Numbered from the stretch's first letter, positions 50,300-63,970 are shown. The stretch: DNA of 64,000 nucleotides from Glycera tridactyla (GCA_965644265.1 OZ286463.1:105338001-105402000), one strand, 5' to 3'. The notes: generated by a model not told the origin, from the sequence alone. A program made the numbers and translations.

Positions 50300-52450
50300 G
50301 GGATTCTGTGGCAGCAGCGCAGCAATTGATCTGCAGTATGTTTTGTATTAGTGTCTTACTGAGCTGTTTGCGTGTTTCTATTCAGGAGCTAATGACACTT
50401 CATCCATCTTCGGATACAAGGCCTGGCATCAGGTAATGGACAGCTGGTGAATGATGTGGGCCGCGCCACAAGGCCTCCTGTATTTGTAAAGCATCATCAG
50501 AGGATTTGTGGCTCCTACTGATAACACCCTTCCTCACCAATCCATGAATACGGCACGCCTACTACCCATCACAATGACACAAAAAGCTTCCCCTGGATGC
50601 TAGCGAAGAAACGTGGTTCAAATGATTCCTAAACCCAATTATGTGAACGGTTTCAAGCTCATGCTCGAAGTTAACCAACTCGATATTCGATATGTTGAAG
50701 TCTTCAATTGTAACCTCACGCACGCTGTTTTTGGACTTGAAGCAACATTTGAATCATGTATTATAATGATAAGAATATTACATGGAGCATGTATGAATAT
50801 TCCGTTGTTAAAGTGAGTAAAATGATGATGATTTAGTTGCGGATTTAGCTATGCCAGTTGAGATAAATGCTCTATATAAAATCAATTGACATAGGGGGAT
50901 GCGGCTCCTGGGAGCTTTGAACATCGTTATGATGTAGTGCTCAGAGACGCAATCACAATCGGTACTTTGGAGGACGTTCTACTCAATGGGGAGAAAGATT
51001 AGTTCTGCACCACGGGGGTTCAGCTATGATTAGCTTATCCATCATGCGGCATACTCAGGAGACTCTTGCGAGATACTTGTTAGTCGAAACCCATTTGAAA
51101 TAATCCATCTTCTATCTAGAGCCTTGGGACAATACAAATCAGTCCTTAGCTTATCAATTCAGTTTCCATTCATGAATGGTTTCCGTTTCCAAATCTCTGG
51201 CTCTGCGATGAAGAATTAATACCGGTGAAACAGCAAACCATGTTCAAACAAACCCCTTTTGTATGCGAAAAAATGTCGGAGCTCAGTGCAGGTGTCAGCT
51301 TTTTTTGCCAAATGGCTGAAGTGCTAGATCAGAAGTAATTGCTACTTGGCAGTTCAGCTGCCCACATCAGTTCCGACCATATCGAAAATGTTCCATCCTG
51401 AAGCGATTTTCTCAAACTGCTGCTCATTTTTGTCCGAGCAGATAGGAACTTCGATCGTCACGTCCGGTGTCCAATAAGTTGATGTGTCCCACCTGTGTGA
51501 CACCGAAGGACAGATCAATCAAAAGACTACAAAGAGTCGTTTTCAGTCTGAAACTAAGACATTGTATAGGCATGGAGATTAATTCTTTCACCTTGGTTGT
51601 CTCTTGGCCCCACGGAGTTTGTATCCTGCCATCTGGTTGTGAGAAGTTTGTATGTTTGTGTTAACCGTCCTTTCAACCTTTATGGGTTAAATCAGACTGA
51701 AAAAGGAATCCCTACTCTTCACAGAAGACAGTGGTGGGAATAGACTCCCACACAGACAGGCGGCCATTGTTATCTCGGTTGACATGCACTAGGTCTGCAT
51801 GCAGACCATTTATGTTTGTGTGAATTCTCCCAATTCATGCGAATGATCAATTGAAAATGTCTGCTTGATCTACTGCCACGAAATGCTATGCCATATTTCC
51901 ATCATGTGATACTTTGCTCTATTTTGTGATAGTTTCCCACTGTCGAGCTATCAATGTTTGACTGGCATTACATCCACACTAGACGCAGTCAAGATTGCCT
52001 CTATTTTGCCGAAAGGTGTGAATTTGTGAGGAATGTGTGTCCCACGTTGAAGAACCATCTTCTCTCTTCTATGCATTGCTCCTACAGGGAATTTGACATC
52101 CTGTTTTGGTCTGATGCAGTATAGTCTACTATGGAAGTTGTAGTGGCTATATTTCTGGATAGATTTCCCGCTCTAGTCATAGATCCGCAAGTGTCAGCAG
52201 TGACCCCATTCGCACTGCTTTGTAATATAGGAGTTTGGGGGAATGTATTACCTGAAGCCTAAGTGATAGTTGGTGTTGTTATTTACAGAGGAATGGCGGT
52301 TGAGCTCTTAGGGAATAATGACACTTATTAATAGCCAAATCATCTCCCTCGGAAGTTCCAGCTGCCTACAAGAGATTTCATGAATACACATTGACGTGGA
52401 CAGTAAAGGGTCAGCATCCTGACCAGGATGTCACCGTATCAGCCATTAGG
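50300..52450 (-). mobile_element. LINE ORF2 relic (RT, RNase H, C-terminal knuckle; I/Ingi-like)
   Basis: EGDDLAI (52329-52352, YADD position), WGHC*HLRIY (cf. WGA...L..LY), PKQDVKFPVGAM (cf. QNQALR.ITGAM), AA*WIS...LIF...VLQS (RNase H) and HTADQLLRCC...EERQ (cf. QT.DHIL..CP...R). Confidence 0.5.
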
Positions 52451-52595
52451 AGGCCATGACTTGCTACTTGGCAAGGTGTTATCTCCTCAAACAGCATGTC
52501 AGCACCCATCAATGTAGACAGGCCAATGGCTGAAGCTGGGAATTAATAGTGGTTTTATCACTAATTAACCCGCCAATCTCTCTTTCAACGTGTGA

Positions 52596-52708
52596 TGTCT
52601 CTCCCTCCCTCTCTTTCTCTATTTCCCCCCCCCCTCTGTCTCTGTCTCTGTCTCTGTCTCTCTCCTTCCCCCTCTCTCTCTGTCTCTCTCTATATCTCTC
52701 TCTCTTTC
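52596..52708. repeat. (CT)n/(CTGTCT)n simple repeat
   Basis: Directly visible. Confidence 0.85.
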
Positions 52709-53469
52709 AATCACTCCAACTCCCCTGATTCCTTACAAGTTGTGGATTCTAATACGCGGTTTCCTCGTTATATTTGAGCTTGATACATTTTGCCTAGTGA
52801 ACCTCACGGAGGTCAAACCTGAGATGAGAGGATGAGTTGAAACGATCAGTTCGTTGTGGTTGAAGGATGCACACGTGATTAGAATATACTTTCATTCATG
52901 AGAAATCGAGGGATCCCGGGTGAAAAAAAGTCCAATATTCAAGAGAGCATTGCTCACAATCCTGTGATAATGTGCACGATCAAGCTATATATATATATAT
53001 GTACATATAATGTATGTCTGATTTGGTGACAGTGAATCATCTATCCTCAACTTGTTCACAAGCAGGGTGGAGCTCGGCTGATGATTTCGACTCAGCTTTC
53101 ATCACCAGCTATATTCGTAATTGATAGCTATTCTTCGATATCTTGGTAAGAAACCCATGTCATTCTTCAGTATGAACAATGGACAATAGACAGTACTTTA
53201 TTTTGTGACGACAGGCGGAAATAAGAGCATTGCATACAATAGAATATCATCAGTTGGTCGCGACTGGTCAGCCTCAGGCGGCTGATATTTAGCTGTGACC
53301 TGTCGATTATGTCTAAAATAATTATCAGTTTATATATGTATGTAATAATGGTCTAATGACACTCCTAAACCTTACAGAACGTATGAAATATAATTACAGT
53401 TCCCAAATGTTACTTATAATAATCAAGGCACTACCACTTGGTCATCCTAAAGGCAGTAGCTGAAAAAAC

Positions 53470-53730
53470 CTGGAGAATACTAGCTACAGTTACAGGGTTC
53501 CTCAAGATAGAGCAACTATGGTGGCTTCCCTTTCTAGTATTCGCGTTTGAAAGCGGCAATCTTCGCTGCTTTCACATAACTCTTGTCTTCAACGGATGCT
53601 ACGCCCCGGTATTCTTCTGGTCTCGGCACACCAGTGTTCATTTCACGCTAATGAATCATGTCCATAGAACAGTTCTCAGAAATCTTATAGAAAACGTCAT
53701 GATTCGATTTCCGCTCCATTTCCCCATCGT
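53470..53730 (-). mobile_element. Possible LINE ORF1 zinc-knuckle relic upstream of the 50.3-52.5 kb ORF2 relic
   Basis: RIMTFS (cf. .ILTF), LVCRDQKNTG (cf. LRC..CQ.FG) and ANTRKGSHHS (cf. ANCKGSH.A). Confidence 0.3.
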
Positions 53731-55249
53731 TGTCTATCAGTACTTTTTGTTCGGTGCCTTATATGGTTTCACACATTTCCTGTAGTAACTTGTTATTCCA
53801 CAATTACTAACGCAATCCTTCTCAATATTGCAAGATATCTCACCATTACCTCTCCATGAAAATCTCTCCTGTATGTAATTATATTGTAAGCCAAATATTT
53901 TCTCAAACAGGAACCATGTTCTCTCAAGATTTGCATTGGGTTTCTATTCACCTCCAGAATGTCCTATGACAAGGTTGATTGTGGTGCCCGATGTGGCTGA
54001 TTGCATTATATAAAATGCGGATAATCGTTTGTGTGAGTCTTTGTCTCAGAGAAAGTACTTTCCCATCCTGTTTGTTTGTCTCCCAATGTTATGCTGACCG
54101 TCGGGTTTGTCTCGTTCTAATGCATTATAGGTTTTCACACATGTCCTTCTTTTATAACTCATATTATCAACCCATAAGTGATACCACACATTATCAGGAA
54201 TGATGAGTCCATCATCTACGTTGACTATGACAGGTTTCTTTTCTATCTTGGTGTGTCCCAGCATGAGGATATAGAACAACATCCTCAACGATTTTGTGAC
54301 TCATGGCATCTGCATAATTTATATAGCTTCAGAACGGCTTGACTATCTTCCCCAACTAGTTACCTGAATGATGTTGGTTCTGAAGATTGCTGCTGATGGA
54401 AGCTCATACAACAACATTTGTCGATTCATCCCCTTATGTTTATATGTCAATCATTTTCATTCATACCCATCCTGTTGAGCTCATTCACGGGGATTTGTGA
54501 CGGCATATTTGTGTTTCATGTGAATGTCTGTGTTGTTCTGCTCCAACGTTTTATTGAATGATAAAAACTTTGCATGAAAAAAATGTACCATTATCCAATT
54601 GCACCAGGTGATCAGATGAAATTATTTTTGATTCGTGGGGTGCAGTGGCATAATGTCGGATATCTGCAGAGGGTGACAGAAATGCAATCGCTGGCAAATG
54701 CTTGAGAACCTGACAAAATCTGCTTCATGGTGAGACCTATAGGGCACAGCTAACACGAGAGCTAGTGCCCTCTCTACTTCCAGATTCTATGCTTATTATT
54801 TTTCCCCTGAGACCCAACATGCCAGAAAATAAATTGCTCTACATAATTTCACATGCAACTTGTCGTGTTAGCACTAAGTGCCAGATAGATACTGCTTAGG
54901 TACCTCGATAAGGTGGCCTATATAAGTGACATTATCAGAAATAAATACTTTCATCATACTACACATTCCCTTCTAGGTGAAATCATTACCGCCGTGATGA
55001 AAATATCACCAGCACAGTGAAAAACTTACTCCTGCTATGGTAAACGAGTTTCCCCCTGGTGGAAATGCTTCCGTCATGGTGGTAATTGATTTCCACTTTG
55101 GTTCAAACGTTTCCGATGTGGAATGATGTTTTCATCATGGGTGAAACGTTTGTACTGCAGGGAGAATTTGTGATTTACGGGAGGTTGAAATCATGGTATC
55201 ATTGCATACATGGACAATCATACCTCGGATGGAATATATGAGGAAGAAA

Positions 55250-55800
55250 TGAAGACCGAATTTGCTTTGATGATATCGTTTTTGGAGAATTTGCTTCTTG
55301 CTATCTGCCGTGAGATGGACTATGCTCTTACCCTTCACATGAATAATGCTCTCTGACACATTGCCATGAACTTCTCAATTATATGGAAAGCTCATGGAAG
55401 TATTTGTGTGACCCGGGAATACTTTCCCACAAGCTTATTTTCAGGATATGACAAGAAATCATTATCCAAAAAGTTTCCTGGAATCCCCTTGGTGGCTTTT
55501 CCAGAATCCAAAATAGCCGACATGGCTATTCCATACGATATACTAATGCATAAATGTTATAAGCTTGAAATTATAGATCGTAGGAGAATACTGAATACTG
55601 AATACTGACATTGATCTTGGTGTCATGTCTGCTTCAATTTGGGTGTTATCAACCTAGGTTCAGATGCCAAGATCATTTTCCTGGGGAGAATATTTCCGAA
55701 GTTATGACAACTGAACAGCCACGGCGGCGATTCAGGATTCTGGAAAAGGCACTAGAGAGATTCCAGGGGAACTTTCCGCTGATGACATCTTATTCTTTTT
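55250..55800 (+). mobile_element. Possible LINE RT fragment
   Basis: KIADMAIPYDILMHKCYKLEI (~55510-55575, cf. KAFD.VPH.IL.HKL..LGI) and LSADDIL (~55772-55792). Confidence 0.35.
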
Positions 55801-55967
55801 TGGATGTATATTCTGCAACAATCATCTTGTAATTTTCTGCAGGTCAAACCTAATTGCCCAAGACTAATAGTCAGATGACTCGGAGCAATACCACCTCACT
55901 TGGAGATTGATTATTCAACCTCTTGTGATTCGATGGTAGGAGCACAATAGCTTCGATAATGTACTGG

Positions 55968-55969
<2 letters not shown>

Positions 55970-56023
<54 letters not shown>
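55970..56023. repeat. (AT)n microsatellite, ~27 units
   Basis: Perfect run. Confidence 0.98.
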
Positions 56024-56028
<5 letters not shown>

Positions 56029-57530
56029 TGCTCAGTTGAAATAGGATTCGAATGGTTCGACAATTCTGTGTTCATGGTTTGCCATATTCCATATTCCATC
56101 AGAATATAAGAAAACATATCCATTGCATGGTCGAAATGATATAGCATATTGTGGAGACGACAAAACGCCCGAATGATTGATCGAGGATCTCCTCCTTCTA
56201 AGTGAAGATTATGCCATGGTTAGCAAACACTGTTCTCCCGAGATGATTGCTTAGCATCGCATATTCTGTTAGGAGAATTGAACAATAGTGCGTTGCTTCA
56301 GAGCTCAACGCATGGCAAGAGAGACATGGCGCATAGTAGAAATGAATTGCTCATCATGGGCCCCCTCAAAACATGAATAATCCGATTTATATGTGTAACT
56401 GAACGAGGCTCAAATGATCTTGGTTGCGATGCGTCACAAGTCATTCTTGTCTATATACGCATGTCACTCAACAAGAGATGCCCGAAACATCTTCATGCAT
56501 AATTTATCACGTGCAAAACACCAGAAAAGTCTTCATAGCTTTCAATTCAACACCTGCCTTGTTCTTCCAGAGATTCAGTGCTCGTATGTAACCAAGCCTT
56601 GGGAGCCGATAATGTGATTGTTTCGATACACGTCGTGGGAAGGTAACTCTCCCATCGGTCGGTGATCCAAGATTCGATTCTGTCCGTTTCGTACTTTTTA
56701 TCTCATTATGTGATTTTCCCCCATGCTCCAATCAGTGTGAAAGACTGTCGAGCAGGAAATGTGCTAACAGCTGTGATTGATATAAGAGTTTCCGGAGATT
56801 TTCTCCCAGAATAGAGCTGTTGCATGTCAACCTAGAAAAATCTTAAAGCCACGGAGTTTACCTCATCGCCATTATTGCCTGAAGTGGGACAAAAACGCAG
56901 GTCTAGAAGGGATTCGAACACGTAGAGCACACAAGTGGATGATCCATCTTTTACGTGGATATTTGATCTCTTCAGCGGTCAACGTTGATGTCCTTGTGGG
57001 GTCAGGATGGCGATCATCGGCGGGATGATTTAATTCGATCTTATCCCCGCCAGCCAGACAATGACGAGATGCCAGTGCATCCCATTTCCAGACCTTTCCC
57101 GAAAAAATTCCAACATGTAGTGAGAATTCATAACATTGCGCATGAATTGTCCAGCCGATTGCGTGACTGTCATTTATATATTCGGTGTCATTTTCTCTTG
57201 TCTTGTCTTGTCTTTAGATCACAGCACCACTGGGTATATGATATAGCTTTAGTAGAAAACCATAGTTACATCTTTTATGGAGTTTGCAGGAGAGAGTGGG
57301 CTTGCCAACGCAGGTGGTAGTTGAGAGCGGAATTGGTTGCTATGAATACGCGCTATGCTGAACAAAAATGGCGGCGAAGCGTCGGTGAGAGAGCAAAGGT
57401 TGCTGCATTGCATGAGGGAGCATTACGCGACATTGGATGCTCACAACCGACGATTAATCATGTCAGCAGGGACACAGATGATATCGAAGATGTGGACATT
57501 CTCATACACATCACTACACCACCGAAACCA

Positions 57531-57852
57531 AACTGCTACAAATACTAAAACCACTTCCCGGGAAAAATAACTACAGATACAAAAATCACATTTTAGTGGA
57601 AATTGCTGGAAATACTAAAACCACATATGGTAGACGGGAGACGAAATTCTGCAGATACAAAAACGATATCTGACTACAAATTGCTACAGACACTGAAACC
57701 ACATTGGGCAAATACTGGCACATCCGAGTACATACTGCTACAGATACTGAAACCAGATTCTAGTAATGTTACAAATACTATTAGATTTCGGAACCACTTT
57801 TCTCACAAGCTTCTAATGATACTGAAAAAAATATCTGAATATAAATTGCTAC
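57531..57852. repeat. Degenerate ~35-bp-period repeat built on AAYTGCTACARATACTRAAACCAC
   Basis: Motif copies near 57531, 57568, 57601, 57645, 57679, 57732, 57765, 57808 and 57844, with irregular spacing. Confidence 0.6.
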
Positions 57853-59762
57853 ATTCCCATATTTCAGGATGAATACAAGCAATAAATCAAACTTGATCGC
57901 GATGTGATATGAATACAGAAACTACATTGGAATGGCATTTATATCGCATCGAGGTAATAGTAGCTTGTTTCGTCTCTCATCCAGTACACTTGACTATGAT
58001 GGGTTTCATCTGGCACAGACAAATCATTTCAGAAAAGAATATAAGAATGACAGGTGGGCGAATGCTTGAAGAAAAAGACACTGAAGGAGAGGTGTGCTGA
58101 CGTCAGATGTTTCAGGTAGGAGCAAGATAAAAACCAACGTCTGAGTGGTGCTGTGAAGAATGGAATCACTCATGTACAAGTACTCATTCGAAGGATAACA
58201 AGATACGTAATTAGTCCCTTCATGATCTATTGGTCGGTCCTTGTGGGATATTTCGCTAGCTCCTCGGGTGCGATATTGTGACGTCCATGTAATGAGCTAG
58301 GTGGGATTATTCACATTACCTCTTCTGTATTCATGACCTCATGACTGTCTAGAAATACACCACAGTACATTGTTTCAAGATGTGGCTTCACTCATATCAT
58401 TCACCTGAGATAAAAGTGGTCTTGTGTCAGTTTGACTGAAGATGGAATCGCTTTTAATGCATTATGCATTCGGGAAGCATCTGAAAAGCATTGGCTACAC
58501 ATCATTCTCCACCTCTCATTGAATCCATCTGTAAACTAGCAAACAAATGAATCAAGCACTGTATAATTGGTGTGACTGAGGAAAGAAAATTGGCGACGAG
58601 AGAGATTTTCATACCCTGATAATTTGAGATCATTGGACTGTGATGGTTTCATGTCCGGGTGTCTAGATGTAGTGAATTTAACACTCATATTCTATTAGTG
58701 CTACGAAGGCGCGCCGAGGACGTCCACTGTAACTCATCTTGTTGCAATCATGACAAAGGTCGCAACGGTAACAAGGAATATTGATCCGAGATAGATCTCG
58801 CCGGTGTCGGCCACCCTCATTCGTCATCCACAAGTGAGGTTGGTCAGAAGAAATATGATTACATTGCGAGGTCAGCCAGAAGATCATTTGCATCATTTGA
58901 CAAAGTGTACGGACGTGTTGCAGTTGGAAGCTGACTATCTTTTTTCCCCCGTGGTACGCCAAGCGCACAGTAGTCTGTCATAAATCATATCTGCTCCCCT
59001 TGACATCGCCGGTCGCCTTGTATGCCTGATAAATGCTGATATGGGCCGACGTTTGATCTCACTGGTGTATATAATTACAGCAGCCGTGATGGCATGTGAC
59101 TCCAGTAAAGAATGTAGTCTACGCCCGTTGCCAATTGCTTCCACACACTGCTACCTCATCAATATTTTCACACTAACGATGTCAAATTGAAAAGTTGATA
59201 TCACTTTTTTATTTCATCGTAAACTCGTTTATTTCGAAATGACTATACTTCATACCGTATTTCATCTCATGAAATGATATACATCACGGAGTACAACAAC
59301 AAATAGCAAGGTGAATATGATTGAAACTGAATTTGGTCTGTTTCTCTGGAGAACGATAACAGCTGCCTATTCGAAAATCACATAAGTAATCAGAGCGGGT
59401 CCTTCAAGACGTCATTCAATTTCCCTCGACATCATCCATTTCCCTCAGTCAAAAATTGATAGCATTACATATGTTTTTAATTCGGATATCGTTCTGTTTG
59501 TCATGCAGTCTGATTAGCTTTCTTCTCGAGGAGTGTTATTATGGTTCATAGTGGCATGTTGCAGATGAAAGTGTCAAGAAACCACGCCCTAATCTCCATT
59601 TTTGTCATCTCACCAAACAACCAAAAGCAAGCTGAGATGTAAGATACTCACTCACTCGTACCATAATTTTGCCAATATTCATACTAGACATATTATTATG
59701 ATTTTTCATGAACTCTGTTGAACCAAGGCATCGGACCATGCAGGGGCATATTACATGTTCAT

Positions 59763-60785
59763 GCCACCAGCCATCTCCTCTATAATATATAGACCTCCGT
59801 TATCCATTGTATTGTGAGGGACTGACTCTAAGCCACCAGCCAAAGCCCCTATACTATTATGACCTTCATTATCCACTAGATTATGGAGGACCGACTCTAA
59901 GCCACCAGCCAACCCCTCTTTACTATTCAAACCTTCATCAATTGTATGCCACCAGCCATCTCCTTTATACTATATAGACCTCCATTATCCATTGTATTGT
60001 GAAGGACGGACTCCAGGCCACCAGCCATCTTCTTTATACTATATTGACCTCCATTATGCATTGTATCGTGGAGGACTGACTCTAAGCCACCAGGCAACTC
60101 CTCTATGTTATATAGACCTCCGCTATCAATTATACTGTGAAAGACTGACTTCAAGCCACCAGCCATCTCCTCTATAATAAATAGACCTCCATTATCCATT
60201 GTATTGTGAAGGACTGACTCTAAGCCATCCACCATCTCCTCTATACTATATAGACCTCCATTATCCATCCCCTCCATAGTATTCAGACCCTCATTATCCA
60301 TTAGACTGTGGAGGACCGACTCTAAGCCACTAGCCAACTCCTCTTCACTATTTTGACCTTCATCAATTGTACTGCAAAAGACTGCCTCTAAGCCACAAGC
60401 CAACTCCTCTATAGTATATAGACCTTCATTATCCATTGTACTGTGAAGGACGGATGGTAAGCCACAAGCCATCTCCTCTATACTTTATCAACCCCGGCTA
60501 TCCATTGTACTATGAAGGACTGACTGTAAGCCACCAGCCATCTCCTCTATACTATATAGACCTCCGCTATCCCATGTACTATGAGAGACTGACGCTAAGC
60601 CACCAGCCAACTCCTCTATTCTATAGACCTCCATTATCCATTGTATTGTGAAGAACCGACGTTAAGCCACCAGCCAACTCCTCTATACTATATAGACCTC
60701 CATTATCTATCGTATCGTGAAGAAGCGACGATAAGTCACCGGCCATATCCTCTCTACAGACCTATGCTATATATTGTATTGTTGA
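59763..60785. repeat. 69-bp minisatellite, ~15 units
   Basis: Consensus GCCACCAGCCATCTCCTCTATACTATATAGACCTCCATTATCCATTGTATTGTGAAGGACTGACTCTAA. Unit starts are 59763, 59832, 59901, 59948, 60017, 60086, 60155, 60224, 60326, 60392, 60461, 60530, 60599, 60666 and 60735. Confidence 0.97.
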
Positions 60786-61949
60786 AGAATGTTTCACTCG
60801 TGATATTTTTTCCATTCATTTCGGATTCAGCCCTAATAATGACTCAGAACTAAATGGCGATCATTGCCTTCATGCTACTAGATCCTTACTCAACTTTCTT
60901 TTTCAGTATCTGTTATCGTCCAACATATACCCATCGACCTCCCAGTCTGCGATCAAGGGGCCTTTGGATGAAAAATAAATTGTAGGATAGACAAGTCCTC
61001 AAATCGTTGACCCAGGCATTTTTATTGTATCTGTATTCAACTTTCAATCAGGACATTCTTGTATCTGATTGAGATAGCATTGTATTGAAATCAGCATGTG
61101 AATGATAACGATGCTAATCACGCTGCAGACCAAAACGCTATCGTGAATTAAATCCTTAACAGAACAGTTTCGACGTTTCGAGAGAGACGACTGAAATCAT
61201 TGATATGTTACTACATTCACATGATATAAAGCACAATTTGATTGAAGAATCAGGTAATGAGGAAACAATCCATATTGTATATTAGGTGTTGATGAACCAT
61301 CACTGCAGTGCTAATTTGGTCGATCAGCCAAAGGGAGGCCTTCCATGAAAGATCATGTGCTCGAGCAATATATCATCATGATTGTAACCCGGGGTTGTTA
61401 GACGCATCAATTCCACATCTGATTGAATGGTTTATTGAGTAAAATTTGTTATATCTTTAATTCGATGCCACTGAGAAAGTATGGGTCTTCTCCTTTCACA
61501 CCCAGACGCTTTCGAAGCGATTATTCATTGTGATGAAACAGGAACTGGTGATTTAACTCCGAACAAATTTTACACTCGTATTGGCCAGAGAACAGGAAAA
61601 CAGCGATGAGTATGGATGACTTCAACAAGATGAATGCCTGGATTGATAACAGGAACATAGACATGAGGTCGTGAAGGCGTCAAGAAACGTGAGAACTATG
61701 ATTGTTATTAGTGTATTTGTCAGTGGCTGATCAAGATGAATCAATGCGCTGTCAGGCCCCCTTCTTACCCTGTTAAAAGCAATCATTAATTCTGATCCGC
61801 TAGAGCAATGACGTCTTCCCGGCAAGCAGATTTGTCTCAATCATGCTCATTATCCGGCTGCATACACTGACATGATTGGACTTCAAATGTCATAGGTTCA
61901 AAGAAGGCAGAAAAAATCAAGAGAATTCAAAGAATTCGAACTCAGAAAG

Positions 61950-63100
61950 AATGCTGAATAGTGATGGTGACGAAATGGTTCGATAAGGCAAGTCCATCAT
62001 GTGTGGGAGAAGCATGAGATTGAGGCATATGCGACCTATTAGATCATTTTGCTATGTTGGGAAATAAACAGTTGAGCACTGTGAACATTCAGGATTAGAG
62101 AAAGATCCCTCTTGTTTCAATCCTGGATATCATATGCACGGCTAATCCACGCCATCTATCAGTAAAACTCTGGTCTACATGTTGCATGAGGCATAAATTC
62201 ACAGACTATTCACAAACCGATACTTCATTTTCACCCTAAACGCCTGGTGTGACCTTGACCTCGAACCACCACCTATTGCCCATATTTTCAGCTGATGACT
62301 TAACAAAATGATATGAAAACTAGCTTCACCTTCGCCCATCACGCAGAAACCGAAAAATTGCTTCTCCGCTCCCTTTTTCCATATCACTGTCATTCCACTA
62401 GTATTTTTATCTTCATGTGTTTCATTGTGAGTAAAGATGCTTCTCACATTTTCCAACAGGGAGACTTCTCTGCAGAGCAGTCCCAGTATTTTCAGCTAAA
62501 AAAGTTAGAAAAGAGAATCACAAAAGAGAGAACAATGCATATTCATATCATTTCATGACGATGATGATAGCTATCCCAATGTCGCACTAAGAAACCCGAC
62601 GTCAAACAGCTGCTGTCATCTCACGTATATACGGGCTTTTTTCGATTCGGAGGCACTCACATTCTCTTCTTCATAGCACCGCCCAGGTAGATTCAATCCA
62701 CAACTCAATTCTCGTTTGTCCAAGCCCCGATTATTCAGGCATTCGCGAGTCACACTTTGCAGATTTGAATGAATGAGCATGATATAGTAAAACCTTGTCG
62801 AAGAGTTATCCAACGACTTTTAGAATACATATAATGAGTCTGACAATAGTAGGCAGTCTTTTGAGAAATGAACAGCTGAGTTATCTAAGGAGAGCAGGAT
62901 TAGTCAACATTACATAAAACCCATCATTGTTCTCCTCCATCAGATGCATTTTACGCCACCTTATCCTCACCAGACTCATCCCATTACGTGCATTATATAT
63001 CCTCCAGCTCACACTATTAACCACATCCACTGCATTCTCAACATCAGCGGGCAACATTTCTTACTACACATATTCAGTCATCCTAAAGATGTGTCAGGGC
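61950..63100 (+). mobile_element. Possible scattered I-group LINE fragments
   Basis: LLDHF (cf. TLDHL), GLEK (cf. DLEK), IFSADDL (~62283-62303) and HLILTRL...HFLLH (~62955-63065, cf. EVILTRLRIGH...HILL.C). Weak. Confidence 0.3.
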
Positions 63101-63299
63101 TGCCATTGGAATGAAGACAGAGCTGATGAGGACATCCCTACTGAAATACATCAACCTCGGTCCAGGAACTCCTCCATATGTTTAGATAGATGAGTACGAT
63201 CAGCAGCCATTACGACATGATGTCTATATCTCTGTGTCGTTCGTGAATCAGAGCATTACTTCTGATTTGTCTAGTACTCCAGGTACTCAATCCCATACA

Positions 63300-63970
63300 A
63301 AATGTGAATGTGAACGAATGTGAATGTGTCGAGAGGCAGTCAATGAGCTGATGTTTCCACCGAGACTTAGTTATACTTGCCGAATTCTCTCGTTCCGTAT
63401 GTTAACTATCACCACGGTACATCATGTGGTTTATCAAGCATACCCGTCGCAGCATTCCAGGTATTTCTTCAAATGTCGAATAAGCCGTTTCTCGAGTATG
63501 TATTTTCAAAGGTATGATCCATGATTTGCATTTTCTTCGGGCAGGGTTCCGAACAGATATCAGATATTAACGACATGCTCAGTTTATTGTACTGAGAACA
63601 TTATGAGAGTGATCGGACAATATGTAACGTTCCTTCAATTCACAGGGATCGGAAATTCATTTCATTCTCGCATGCAGGTGTCATGCTTTCATACAAAATC
63701 ATTATCCATACTATCGATCGATACATGGAATGATGAGTCTCCAACTGGATTGACTATGAATGATCAACCTACTAGCCTAGTGATAGAATCTACATATTCT
63801 ATCTAATTGTAAAAAAAGATTTCCGCAACTGGGCCTGGGCTTGAGGACCATGGCAGAGGTGTGAGGATATTGTGATAAGTCTGAAACAGAACTATCCAGT
63901 GCACCATACAGATATTGGCATAAACCATGGATCTGGACGCAGTCGTAGGTCGAAATTAACCACTGGAGTT
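63300..63970 (-). mobile_element. Ty3/Gypsy RNase H and linker relic
   Basis: LCQYLYGALDSSVSD (~63890-63935, cf. FHQYLYG..F.V.TDH), NLFLQLDR (cf. RM.LQLQRY) and downstream Y..C.D...IRNERI (cf. YW..RDEL...KGERI). Confidence 0.45.

Noticed and set aside
57365-57375. AAAATGGCGGC YY1-like promoter motif in a mildly CpG-rich patch
   Set aside because: A single short motif with no associated gene, first exon or other promoter evidence.
58591-58600. TGGCGACGAG resembling an LTR-element primer-binding site
   Set aside because: It is not preceded by an LTR-like ...CA end, and no paired LTR or gag was found downstream.
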